Assembly: GCA_049598575.1 (NCBI GenBank)
Contig: JBMYNT010000004.1
Location: forward strand, 1-57,482
Reading direction: 5' to 3'
Origin: Candidatus Poseidoniaceae archaeon
Lineage (GTDB): Archaea > Thermoplasmatota > Poseidoniia > Poseidoniales > Poseidoniaceae
DNA: 57,482 bases
A model generated the notes under the pieces. The model searched no databases. It was not told where the DNA came from and was given only the letters and a program-made list of their open reading frames with translations. Positions 8,729 through 19,200 of this stretch are shown piece after piece. The translations under genes were made by a program, and so were the position numbers. Every line of letters begins with the position of its first letter. Positions within the stretch are counted from its first letter, which is position 1.

Positions 8729-9657
8729 TCAAGGCCGACCTCAAGCGTGGTGTTGGCTTGCCAATTCAGGTGCTTCTTGGTCTGTTCGAGATTGGGCAAA
8801 CGGCGTTTTGAGTCACCCGGATGTCCTTGACCGTAGCGAATTCGGACCTTTTGGCCTGTTTCACTTGCAACAATCTCAGCGACTCGCTGAGCAAGATCAA
8901 GCATGGTACATTCCTCCTCAGAACCGAGATTCAAACTCATTCCTTCAAGGCCTTCAGCCAGACCTGCGGACTCAATACCACGAACGAGATCATCAATGTA
9001 GGTCAACGAACGAGTTTGTGAACCATCACCATGAACGATGATTTCTCCCTTCTTTACGGCGCGTTGCAGCATCATTGCGACCACTTGACCATACTCGTTG
9101 CCGAGCAACCGAGGCCCGTAGCCATTGAATGGGCGCACGATGCGCGCATCGAGACCTTGGCGAACAGCGTGTTGGACAGCCAGTTCACCGAGATACTTGC
9201 TTGCTCCATAGGCATGTCGTTGGTGTTCGTGAGCGACAGGAAAAACCGATGCTTCATCGCCTCCGAGCGGCATAAATTCTGATTCTCCAAACGCTTCAGG
9301 AGATGAAGTGAAGACGTAACGACAATTGTTTTCTTCTGCGAACTCGAGTGAACGCAAGGTCGAATTGAGATTCACATCCATCACCATTCTTGGCTCTTCA
9401 TGAAACCACTTGGTCCCATTGATGGCTGCAAGATGAAAGACGATGTCAACACTGCTCGGGTTTGCAATCATGTCATACGTAGTCGAAACAGATGCATCTC
9501 CTTCAATAAACGTAATGTTGTCTTCAACCATACGCAAGTTTTCTTTCGATCCTCTCCAACAATTATCGATGACAATGACAGCATGACCAAGTCTTACAAG
9601 AGATTCAACAAGACTTGAACCAAGAAAACCAGCACCTCCTGTGACGAGGATTCGCAT
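8704..9657 (-). CDS. NAD-dependent nucleotide-sugar epimerase/dehydratase (extended SDR, UDP-glucuronate decarboxylase-like)
   Basis: TGGAGFLGS Rossmann motif; catalytic YGASK (YxxxK); VRPFNGYGPR. Confidence 0.9.
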   Translation of the reverse strand: MRILVTGGAGFLGSSLVESLVRLGHAVIVIDNCWRGSKENLRMVEDNITFIEGDASVSTTYDMIANPSSVDIVFHLAAINGTKWFHEEPRMVMDVNLNSTLRSLEFAEENNCRYVFTSSPEAFGESEFMPLGGDEASVFPVAHEHQRHAYGASKYLGELAVQHAVRQGLDARIVRPFNGYGPRLLGNEYGQVVAMMLQRAVKKGEIIVHGDGSQTRSLTYIDDLVRGIESAGLAEGLEGMSLNLGSEEECTMLDLAQRVAEIVASETGQKVRIRYGQGHPGDSKRRLPNLEQTKKHLNWQANTTLEVGLDQTLRSML

Positions 9658-9661
9658 CGTT

Positions 9662-11407
9662 TCACACTCGCTCAAGAATTTCAATCGAGACCTGCCCTTG
9701 TTCCCGCTTCAACCGAACAAGGTCTCCATCGTTGACCATCATGCATGGGTCCTCCTCAAATCCATGTCCATATGGAACGTTCAACAACGAACATGCAGGA
9801 AGCGTCAACGGACATACGTCACGGTTAACGATGGCAAGTGGACCCTTGTTTTCGTACAATAAGCCCATCAGAACGTATGGAGCAACGGTTGACCCAGACC
9901 CCTTAGGATAGATGAGAACGGTATCCTCAATGGCACGACCATCAAGGGGATGTCCGGCTTCCTCAACCACGCCAGTATCTCGGTTGACATAGCCAAGATA
10001 CGTAATTGGAACATCGGTCACCATCGCTCGACCTTCAACACAGAAGTCACCTTGTGAGTTCAAACCAGAGCCGTTGATGGTCCGAAGTCCAGTCTGCAAC
10101 GTCTTTGCACTAACGTGACCACCGTGCGAAGATTGAGCAAGCGTAGGCGTTGGCCCATTTGCTCGTTTAGGGTCAATGGCATGACGAACGCATTCCTCGA
10201 TCGAAGCCACACTGGTTGGAATTCGATTGAGGCCACTGGTCAGGTAATGTTCTGCTTTCATCGAATTTGTCAACAAATGATTGTATTTTTCTCGGTTGTA
10301 GGGTGTGACCTCTGGACAAGTGTCAACGAGAACCAATGCACCTGCTTCTTCCAACATTGAAACAGTTCCATCCGCCTCGGCTAAAGCATAATTCTCCTGA
10401 CTTGTGAACACCCATAGCCGTTGATTTGGTATCGATTCTCCAAACTCCATATGTGTGCGAAGCGCAGCTGCAGTCGTCCGCATTTCTTCCAAACTGGCTT
10501 GCGGACATCCAATAACGATGAGATCAACCTTTCCTTTTGGACTGAGTTCCTCATAGCGTTCTTCAAGATCCGATTGAGTGAAGACGAGCGTTCCTTCCCA
10601 ATCGATGGAACCAATGGGTTGCGTTGGTGGTTCCGTATGCCCTTCAACCCACATCATTGGTGAGCCATAATTGGCGGCTGCAGCCGTTAACGCCTTTTTC
10701 CGTGCAAAAGAAATGAACGCATCGAGACCCTCGACATACGGCATTGGTCCGAACGGCAAATCCCACTCAGGCTTCGCATTCTTACCAATCCAATCACCAA
10801 GAATGGAATAATCGGAAAGCGTTTCCAGTTCGCATTCAACAACGACCCTGATGTTCGGTTGACGATTTGACTCAAGGTGCAACCCCCATGCAGGAGCATA
10901 CCCCGTAAGGGCTGTTGCAAGGGCGCTCAATCCCGACTCACGATTGGTGATCAACGACGTCCATGTGTTCGAATAACAAACGGCATTCGACTCGGCCCAT
11001 GATGCGGTATCGCCCTCAATCTCAATGCCTCGATCGTAAGGCGTACAGGACAGCGTTGCTTCGATACCAAGTCGGTCATAGGCCTGGACAATCTCAAATT
11101 GTTGCTCAAGAAAATTGGGCCATGCGATACCCATTTCTTCCATTTTTTCACGATCGCATCCAGCTGAATTCAACGTCGTTGGAATTACAACCGTCCCATC
11201 ATCATCTCCACTCAAATCCTTGAGGAAGGTACGCAATCCATGACCTCCAGTAATGACTGAGACGCCAGAAACGTGTGCGTGATCGACTTCGACAAAGGAT
11301 TCTGCTTTGGCAACACGTGCAAGGTCAACCACCAGGCGAGCAGCTTTCTGGCGAGTTGGTCCTTCCTTGCCTTCCAACTGCTCCGACAAACGCTTTGGAA
11401 GTTGCAT
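9662..11407 (-). CDS. Aconitase X; large (DUF521) and small swiveling (DUF126) subunits fused; probable phosphomevalonate dehydratase
   Basis: Three Fe-S Cys motifs (LSCTPY, IGCPQAS, VDTCP); WAESNAV; TNSMKAEHY; C-terminal 'ITYLGYVNRDTG...HPLDG...PKGSGST' is the swiveling domain. Start could be 11407 or 11437. Confidence 0.87.
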   Translation of the reverse strand: MQLPKRLSEQLEGKEGPTRQKAARLVVDLARVAKAESFVEVDHAHVSGVSVITGGHGLRTFLKDLSGDDDGTVVIPTTLNSAGCDREKMEEMGIAWPNFLEQQFEIVQAYDRLGIEATLSCTPYDRGIEIEGDTASWAESNAVCYSNTWTSLITNRESGLSALATALTGYAPAWGLHLESNRQPNIRVVVECELETLSDYSILGDWIGKNAKPEWDLPFGPMPYVEGLDAFISFARKKALTAAAANYGSPMMWVEGHTEPPTQPIGSIDWEGTLVFTQSDLEERYEELSPKGKVDLIVIGCPQASLEEMRTTAAALRTHMEFGESIPNQRLWVFTSQENYALAEADGTVSMLEEAGALVLVDTCPEVTPYNREKYNHLLTNSMKAEHYLTSGLNRIPTSVASIEECVRHAIDPKRANGPTPTLAQSSHGGHVSAKTLQTGLRTINGSGLNSQGDFCVEGRAMVTDVPITYLGYVNRDTGVVEEAGHPLDGRAIEDTVLIYPKGSGSTVAPYVLMGLLYENKGPLAIVNRDVCPLTLPACSLLNVPYGHGFEEDPCMMVNDGDLVRLKREQGQVSIEILERV

Positions 11408-11490
11408 GAGTTGACGCAGACATCGGCGCTTCATCAAGACTCGTGTTCACTACCGATGGTTTTGATACGGTTGACGTCGCTCCTCCGTTT

Positions 11491-13656
11491 ATGTCCTCAA
11501 CTGAGAACAACACACAAGGAGCCCGCCGTGATGAACAACAAACACGTTTTCTATCACGTGAAAACATCGTCAAGATGTTGAAGACAACCATCGTGCTCAG
11601 CGCACTGTTCATGTCCATCTGGGCGGTTATGCTGAACCAGTCGGTTGCATCTCTCGATGGAACTGAAGATGAAGAATCTGCCATTCTCGTCGAAACAGAA
11701 GGCCGTGAAGCCGATGTCTACTGTCCAGAGGGTGGAGCAGACATCTTCCTTGGCACCGATTTCGATGGAGATGGGAAACTCTCAACAAATGAAATCACCA
11801 CCAGCACCAAAGTGTGTCATGGCCAACAAGGTCTTTCTGGACCTCAGGGACAATCCGGACAGGATGGTGAAAACGGATTCAACGGCAACTCAAGCCTCGT
11901 GAATCTAACAGCGCTATCACCAGGAATTCCTTGCCAATTCGGAGGAATTCAAATCCAATCAGGAATCGACAACGATCACAACCAATTCCTCGACGAAGAA
12001 GAAGTGCAAACAACGGCACACATCTGCGATGGGCAACTCGGAGACGAGGGGCCTGAGGGTCAACAAGGAACCGATGGGGCGCAAGGATACTCTGCCCTCA
12101 TTGAACAACACCAAGCTCCAACCTCCATCTGTCCACAAGGCATCGTCATGCACTTCGGTGTTGATGATGGAACCGACATGGCGACAGCAAACGACGGAAC
12201 TCTTCAGCAAGACGAAATTCGAGAATCCTTGCAAATTTGTTCTGAGCAGTTGTATGAAGGATTAACAGGAGATATATTCACAAATTCAGGCGATGCAATG
12301 TCATCTCTTTGTGATAAATCAGAATGGAGCGAAACATCATCAGTCTTCATCTTTTCAGCATCCGATGGAACCAACGGATGCGAACTATGGATTCTCGATC
12401 AAGACAACGCACCATTGATGCTCATGGACATTCATGCATCTGGCGATTCGATTCCAGGCCGTGAACTTGGCATTCACGTTGTCGAAACGGATCGTGGACA
12501 ACGTTTCTTCTTTGATGCTGATGATGGCGTTCATGGACGCGAATTATGGGTGAGCGATGGAACATCCATCGGAACAACGATGCTTGGAGACATGGAATCT
12601 GGTGATGCCATTGATTGGAACTCGGAAATCACGACATGGATGAACGGTGTTGTGTTCACAACGAACGGGCAACAAGGGAACAGAATGTGGTGGAGCAATG
12701 GAAGTGTGACCACATCCATCTGGCAAGCACCGTGGTTTTCAGCTTCCGCATCATCGGATTTGATCAATCAATCCGTTGCAATAACGTCGATTGGTCAAGG
12801 TCTACTCCATGGTGATGCATCGGGTCTTTGGTTTGCTGCGAAAGAGACACAAATTGGACTCGAAATGATGTACCTTGACAACAACGGGACGCTGCATATG
12901 TTCGATTTGCAACCATTCGGTGATTCTTCACCGTCTCGTGGTGTTTCGGTCGATGGTGGATATGTGGTCGTTGCTAGTGATGGGACTGGACGACAACTGG
13001 CGAAGTTGGATCATGATGGAGGCTACCAGTGGCTGACCTCAATGACAAAAGAAGGAACGACCACACCAACATCCGTGGTTGCTCCTGCCTTTGGAATCCA
13101 TAAACTCGGTGATACGCTCGTCTTTGACGTGGTCTACAGAGGTGCTGATGCAACGTTGTTCGCCTACTCCTTGACCAACGGAATGCTTCAGGAACTCAGT
13201 TCAAACATTGTTGCACCGGGTCACAGTGTAGATGTTGTCTCGAATGGAAACACGATTTGGTTTGATTGTGTTCAAGCCAATACAGGCATGGAGATTTGCC
13301 AGACCGATGGAACCGTTACGGGCACAATGTTGTCCGTGGATTTGATGCCTGGCCTGAGTGCAAGTCAACCACGCTCGTTTGCTTACGTTGATTCAACATT
13401 GTACGTCCTCGCTGAAGGGTTGGATGATTCGGGAACAAACAGTGGCCACGCGTTGTGGTCCATCGATGGACAAGCTGCAACACTCGAGCTCGACGTGTGG
13501 TCGGGTGTTGGCAACGATTCCAATGCTGGCACATATGGATCACTTGTTGCAACATCGAACCATCTGTTGTTTGTTGCCGATGATGGCCAACACGGTCATG
13601 AATTGCATCAATACCTTCGTTCCTCCATCCGTGATCAATGGATGGTTTGGGATTGA
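11491..13656 (+). CDS. Surface protein: N-terminal membrane anchor/signal, Cys-bracketed repeats with collagen-like G-X-Y stretches, and an ELWxxDGT-repeat beta-propeller
   Basis: Hydrophobic IVLSALFMSIWAVML; three 'CP.GG...G.D.d.dG.L...E......C.G' units; GXY runs at 11821-11892 and 12031-12093; GRELWVSDGT, GMEICQTDGT and GHALWSIDG repeats. Start uncertain (11443, 11491 or 11575). Confidence 0.88.
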   Translation: MSSTENNTQGARRDEQQTRFLSRENIVKMLKTTIVLSALFMSIWAVMLNQSVASLDGTEDEESAILVETEGREADVYCPEGGADIFLGTDFDGDGKLSTNEITTSTKVCHGQQGLSGPQGQSGQDGENGFNGNSSLVNLTALSPGIPCQFGGIQIQSGIDNDHNQFLDEEEVQTTAHICDGQLGDEGPEGQQGTDGAQGYSALIEQHQAPTSICPQGIVMHFGVDDGTDMATANDGTLQQDEIRESLQICSEQLYEGLTGDIFTNSGDAMSSLCDKSEWSETSSVFIFSASDGTNGCELWILDQDNAPLMLMDIHASGDSIPGRELGIHVVETDRGQRFFFDADDGVHGRELWVSDGTSIGTTMLGDMESGDAIDWNSEITTWMNGVVFTTNGQQGNRMWWSNGSVTTSIWQAPWFSASASSDLINQSVAITSIGQGLLHGDASGLWFAAKETQIGLEMMYLDNNGTLHMFDLQPFGDSSPSRGVSVDGGYVVVASDGTGRQLAKLDHDGGYQWLTSMTKEGTTTPTSVVAPAFGIHKLGDTLVFDVVYRGADATLFAYSLTNGMLQELSSNIVAPGHSVDVVSNGNTIWFDCVQANTGMEICQTDGTVTGTMLSVDLMPGLSASQPRSFAYVDSTLYVLAEGLDDSGTNSGHALWSIDGQAATLELDVWSGVGNDSNAGTYGSLVATSNHLLFVADDGQHGHELHQYLRSSIRDQWMVWD

Positions 13657-14477
13657 ACTCGGTCGATGCAATACGAGCATGATTCACCTGGAACATAGGC
13701 AGGATGGAGCTGTTCTTTCGGCGTCAAGGGTTCGCGGCAGGCGAAGCAGACCGTCGTACCGGTTTCAGTAAGATCAGGGAGGAGTGCAACACGCTTGTCA
13801 AAGACAAAACACTCACCGTCCCAGTAGTCACCTCCAACTTGCTCAAAGTAGCCGAGGATGCCTCCTTCAAGCTGCTTGATGTTGGTAAAACCTGCATCTT
13901 TCATGATGACACTGGCCTTTTCACAGCGGACGCCTCCAGTACAGAACATGACGATTTCTTTGTCTTTGAAAGATGAATCCATCTCAGAGACCGCTTGAGG
14001 AAACGCTCGGAATGTGTCAATGTCGAGTTCAATGGCATTTTGAAACGTTCCGAGACGTGTTTCGTAGGCGTTTCGAGTGTCAAGCAGTACAACGTCCTCG
14101 CCATTGAGGAGCTTTTCATGCAGTTGAGCAGGGAGTATTCGTCCATCATCAGGTTCAATCCGATCGAAGTTCGGCAAACCGACCGAGATGATTTCGTTCT
14201 TGAGACGCACATTCATGCGGTTGAACGGTTGGTGTTCTGAATATGAAATTTTGAAATCGATGTCTGAAAATCGTTCATCTTGGCTGAGAAACAATCGGAA
14301 TTGATCGATGTTCGTTTCTGGACCTGCAACGAAGATATTGATGCCTTCATGGCTGAGCAGAATCGTGCCTTTCAATTCGAGCTCATCGCACTTCCGTTTG
14401 AACGGTTGGCGCAGAGCATCTCGATCGTCGAGTACAACAAACTTGTACCCTGCAATGTTGAGGTGTTGCTCCGTCAT
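13635..14477 (-). CDS. trhO: Rhodanese-domain protein of the UPF0176/YceA family (tRNA U34 hydroxylase TrhO-like)
   Basis: GTILLSHEGIN, LDTRNAYE..LGTF..A, MFCTGGVRCEKAS, LEGGILGY, WDGECFVFDKR and C-terminal CFAC...CSYC. Confidence 0.88.
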   Translation of the reverse strand: MTEQHLNIAGYKFVVLDDRDALRQPFKRKCDELELKGTILLSHEGINIFVAGPETNIDQFRLFLSQDERFSDIDFKISYSEHQPFNRMNVRLKNEIISVGLPNFDRIEPDDGRILPAQLHEKLLNGEDVVLLDTRNAYETRLGTFQNAIELDIDTFRAFPQAVSEMDSSFKDKEIVMFCTGGVRCEKASVIMKDAGFTNIKQLEGGILGYFEQVGGDYWDGECFVFDKRVALLPDLTETGTTVCFACREPLTPKEQLHPAYVPGESCSYCIDRVQSQTIH

Positions 14478-14514
14478 GGTAAATCGTCCGGATTCTTCCT
14501 CTTATGCTCATCGT

Positions 14515-16254
14515 TTAGCGACGCCAATCGTGTTTGCTTGCAAGAGGATGACGCCATCCCTGTCCGAAAGCACGTGAGGAAACCCTGGGAGCGGGAGCCA
14601 TCTGCCAACGCTTGTGTTCGTTGGCTTCAAGCCGTTGAAGTACTGCCACAACGGTCGAATGATCGTAACCATGTTTGGCGATTTCTTCAGAACCTAGACC
14701 TTGTTCGATGTGGAGTTTAAGGATACCATCGAGCATCTCGTAGGGAGGGAGTGTGTCATCATCGCGCTGGTCAGGAGCAAGTTCGGCCGATGGTGGTTTT
14801 GTCATGGTGGACTCATTCACAGGCGGACGCTTTCCATTTGATTGAGCCCTATGATTGAACACTTCTGCAAGGCCGTAGACATCCATTTTGTAGACATCGC
14901 CTAGAGGCGTGTAGCCGCCAGCCATGTCACCGTACAGCGTGCAGTAGCCTTGAGCAAGTTCAGACTTGTTTCCAGTTGCAATGGCCATTCGACCTTGTGC
15001 ATTGGCATGAGCCATCACGAGAATGCCGCGTAGACGGGCTTGAATGTTCTCTTGAGCGACGTTTGCACCTTGATCAAGCATCTCTGCAAGCTGTTTCTCA
15101 AGTCCTGAATGATGGTCGTCAATCGGAATTGATGCATATTCCATTCCGAGAGCCTCTGCAGTGTATTTTGCATCGTCGATGGAATGTTGAGATGAGAATC
15201 GTGATGGCATAGAGATTCCAAGCACGTTCTTTGGACCAACTGCTTCTGCTGCAACACAAGCCGCAACGGCAGAGTCAATACCGCCACTCAATCCAAGGAC
15301 GATACGTTGTATTCCTGATTTTTGACAGTAATCACGCAATCCAAGAACGACTGCATCGGCGAGTTCATCGAGGACGTCCTCCTGTTCTTCACCGGTTTCT
15401 TGTGGTGCATAATGTGTGATTTCACCTTCTGAGGAATCCATCGATATCCACGAAGTTGCTTCAAGATTGTTGATATCAACAAGAAGGATTCCTTCCTTCC
15501 AAGAAGGTGCAACAACGACCTCTCCGGTTGGCCACGCAGCAAGGGATCGTCCATCGAAAAGAAGGTCATCGTTTCCTCCGATTTGGTTGCACAACAAGAA
15601 CGGATGCCTGAGCGTTTTGGCAGCAGTTCGAGCAACGTGGAGTCGTGTTTGGATTTTGTTGGAATGGTACGGAGATGCAGAGAGATTGACCGTCGCATCG
15701 AGGTTGACACCTTGACGTCCCCATTCGGCGAGTTGTTCGATCGGGTCTGCATCGTATTCAGAAGGTGTTTCCCCAGCAACCTGCCAAGCATCCTCACAGA
15801 CTGTGACACCGAGTTCGAGTGGTCCTGAAAGTGTTCTTGCGATACCTGGCCTGTCATCCGAATCGAAGTATCGAGCTTCATCAAAGACATCGTACGTTGG
15901 TAGCAATTGTTTCCGAGCGACGATTTTCACTGGAGCATCATTACCGATCAAGGCGACACCATTTCCGGGTTTTGCTCGCTCAGATTCAGGTATCGTTGGT
16001 GTTCCGATGAGTGATGGAATGTCGACGTTGAGTGAGAGGGCTGCTTGCTGAGCGAGTTCAACAAAACTCGCTTGCATCAACAAGTCGCGAGGAGGGTAGC
16101 CACAAATAGCCAATTCTGTGCTCACACAAGCCACTGCTCCGTGGGCTGTTGCAGTCTGAATAAAATGCTCCAATCGCTGAGCATTTCCAGTCAAATCGCC
16201 AACGGTTGGATTGAATTGAACAAGAGCAATGATGCCACCATCTTGCTCGCTCAT
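14515..16254 (-). CDS. nadE: Glutamine-dependent NAD+ synthetase (nitrilase-like glutaminase plus synthetase domain)
   Basis: TELAICGYPPRDL, KQLLPTYDVFDE and VCEDAW (E-K-C triad); LGLSGGIDS; ENIQARLR; TGNKSE; PPSAEL. The track start (16392) overlaps the upstream gene; the real start is 16254 or 16260. Confidence 0.95.
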   Translation of the reverse strand: MSEQDGGIIALVQFNPTVGDLTGNAQRLEHFIQTATAHGAVACVSTELAICGYPPRDLLMQASFVELAQQAALSLNVDIPSLIGTPTIPESERAKPGNGVALIGNDAPVKIVARKQLLPTYDVFDEARYFDSDDRPGIARTLSGPLELGVTVCEDAWQVAGETPSEYDADPIEQLAEWGRQGVNLDATVNLSASPYHSNKIQTRLHVARTAAKTLRHPFLLCNQIGGNDDLLFDGRSLAAWPTGEVVVAPSWKEGILLVDINNLEATSWISMDSSEGEITHYAPQETGEEQEDVLDELADAVVLGLRDYCQKSGIQRIVLGLSGGIDSAVAACVAAEAVGPKNVLGISMPSRFSSQHSIDDAKYTAEALGMEYASIPIDDHHSGLEKQLAEMLDQGANVAQENIQARLRGILVMAHANAQGRMAIATGNKSELAQGYCTLYGDMAGGYTPLGDVYKMDVYGLAEVFNHRAQSNGKRPPVNESTMTKPPSAELAPDQRDDDTLPPYEMLDGILKLHIEQGLGSEEIAKHGYDHSTVVAVLQRLEANEHKRWQMAPAPRVSSRAFGQGWRHPLASKHDWRR

Positions 16255-16292
16255 GACCATCCCACGTACTCGTGTTTCATAGAAATGATGCA

Positions 16293-19200
16293 TCATTTGT
16301 ATTGCAAAATCTCTCCGTTGGCATCTTTGTACCACCAACTTCCATCTTGTTGATTCTGCCACCACCAAACGCCATCCGAGCCTTGGGTCCAACCATCGGC
16401 AGATGCGGTTTGTGTTGTTGCAGCAACCGGTTCAGATTCTTGAATCGGTTCACTCAAGTTGAGGTCAGCATCGCCCTCAATGTCTTCTTCTTCATCCTCA
16501 TCGAGATAATCCGAATATTCGTCCCATTCGTATTCCGATTTGGAACCACGCCGAACGGTTGCATTTCGAGCCATGAGCAAGAGAGCGAGAATGATCGAAA
16601 GGCCGAGCAATGCACCAATGGAACCGAGAATTGGGTTCACATCTCCAAACACAGCCTCGCTGAAGGAAGGGTCGCTCTTCGGTCGAACATCGACCGAAGG
16701 CCCGTTGCCTTTGACGCCATTTTCGAGCTGAACTTCAAGCCATTGCAGGCCCACCTGCTCAGGAGCCCAATCGATGAGTATGGTACCAAGACCGCCTTCT
16801 GCAACCTCGAGTTCGGTTTGACGGAGTACTTCCGACGTTCCATCAGCACGGACAACGGAAATCGTAGCATCTGTGGTTCCGTCCAATGTTCCAACGTTCT
16901 TGACGAAGATTTGCACAGCGGTCGAATCGCCTTGTTGGAGGTTCAAGCGTGAGTATTCCATGGCCGGAGTCTCCAGTTCAAACTTCGGCTGTCGCCATTC
17001 CATGAGCCATGACGTGACCGCATTGCCTGCAGATGAACCGGCTTCTCCAAGAACAAGATTGCCAGCAAGGTCTCGTCCTTCAACAAGAACGTAAACGGTA
17101 AAGCGATCGACCAACATATCGTCCGTGATGACGCTCAAATCCATCGTTCCTGTACCGATGAGACTCAATCCACTAATTTCTGTGCCTTGCAAGAGGAACG
17201 GACTGTCACCCTCCCGAATGAATTCACCTGTTTCGGTATTTTCGACCCACCACGCCAATCGTAAGGATTCAAAGTCAATTCCTCCTTCTTCGGAAAGGAC
17301 AATCGTGACTTCGTGTTCTTCAGCCGAAAGAATCGACCCTGGACGGGGTGTTTGCACCTCGACCGGTTGCGGGCCAAGCCCGTCAACAACCATCCACTTC
17401 ACAGAGGATTCTTTCTCGGTCGCATCGACGCCTTGAGGTGGCAAACAACCAACGGACCACGTCAATGGAATGGTTCCAGATGTTTGTGGTGAACGAAGTT
17501 CAACGTTCCAAATTCCATTGTAGGTGTCTGCCGAGTAGGTTTGACCGGCAAACATGACCTCTACACTGCAGTTGAAATCAGGTGTTTCTTCCGTTGCAGC
17601 AAACACCAATCCACCTGTCAATTCGAACGGCGAATTCGGTGGCAATCGGGCACCATCATCGAGAACAGTACCTTGTGTCAACACCAACGAAACAGATTCT
17701 TGAGGAATGGTCAATGCAGGTGAAAACCGCCACCGAAGTGCAGGGAACGTTTGGATGACTTCCTGTCCTGCACGATCGATGATTTTCACACTCGGCTCAC
17801 GGAAAGTATCACCAAGGTCAGGCGTGGTCCACGCCAATTCGAGGTCAACAACCAATCGGGTGTCTTTCTCGTAGGGTCCAGCGGTGGTACCATCGAGGGC
17901 AAGCATGGCACAATCGTTGACGATCAAATGGATGCTGTTTGATGTGCAGGAATCGGTTCTGAAATCCCACGTAAACGACAGAGGTGAGGTGAGGATGTTC
18001 GAAGCGAGCTGGATTTCAACCGTTGTAAAGTCCGAAGCACCGTTGGGTTCGCTCATGTCGACACGTAACGTGTAAGCCTGTTCAGGGTGCAACCACGGTT
18101 GTGCACCACCTGTCCATGACATAGCGTTCGAGGTCAAGGTTGGTGGCCCATCCGGTCCGATTTGATACATGAATAGGTGCTCGCCTTCTTCCCCAGTCCC
18201 TGCATCTTCGAGTGCTTGTCCCGATTCGTCCTCACCGACCAGATAGCCTGCGACCTTCTGGCCTTGCGAGCCCATGGAATCATCGAACAAGAGCGTGTAG
18301 ATTCCTGTTGAAAGGGTCAAATCCGTTGGGATAATGAGCGATCGTTGTTTGTATTCATCTGGACTTGGCCAGCCGTTCAAATCGACATCATCGGCCCATT
18401 GTCTCCACAGCATCACGTGGACATCGGATGGCAACAACACAGGGTCAAGAATCTGGAATTGAACGGTTTGACTGGTCGATGCGAGTCGATGATCGTACCA
18501 TGCAACCGTTGAATCGATGACGGCCGGGGCGGTTGGGTCGATCTTGAAGGTCCGAGTGTATTCAGAATCTCCAACAACATCTCCACCATTCAATGGAATC
18601 ACTCGAACGGTCCAGGTCAAATCGCCGAAGGAATATGGAGCCACATCGGAAACATTCCACATGTCGACATCGAGACTCGTGGTATTGGCGACCATGGTAT
18701 TTCCTTGCCACAACTGAACCTCAGCATCGCCGTCTGCAAAGGCATCGATACTCTCAACGCCTTCGTAACCGACATCAATCGTGAAATTCAGGCCCATGCC
18801 AGCTGCGAGGTACTCGGTGGACGAATCGATGATGCCATGATCGTCCATGATATCGACCGATTTGATGACCAAATCATTTTCAAACGCTTGGCCTCCTGTG
18901 AGCCCATTCCACATGTATTGACCTGGTCGTGAAATAACGCTGTTATCGAGAACAAGACGCATCGAAGCAGTAAGCCAGTTTTCATCGTCCCATCCTTGCT
19001 CAACGCGGAATTTCACGGTTATTTCACGCATTGTTGCCGATGTCTCTGAGATGCTGAACGCTTCGGTCGGATGCAATTCGATGAGATCACTGTCTGCTTG
19101 TCCGAGAGCAGTTCCTCCTCCAGTTGGCAACAACCACGTAGCATGATTGTTTTCTCCTTGGACATCAAGTCGAATCAACGAGATGGTACGTGCGGTATCG

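Noticed and set aside
11821-12093. DNA tandem repeat, VNTR or DGR-like variable region in the collagen stretches
   Set aside because: The periodicity is at the protein level (Gly codons vary), and there are no exact nucleotide repeats or reverse transcriptase.
16255-16952. nadE extension to 16392 and the 226-aa plus-strand ORF 16272-16952
   Set aside because: Both overlap the real 1692-aa gene and show no family motifs; they are shadow frames.
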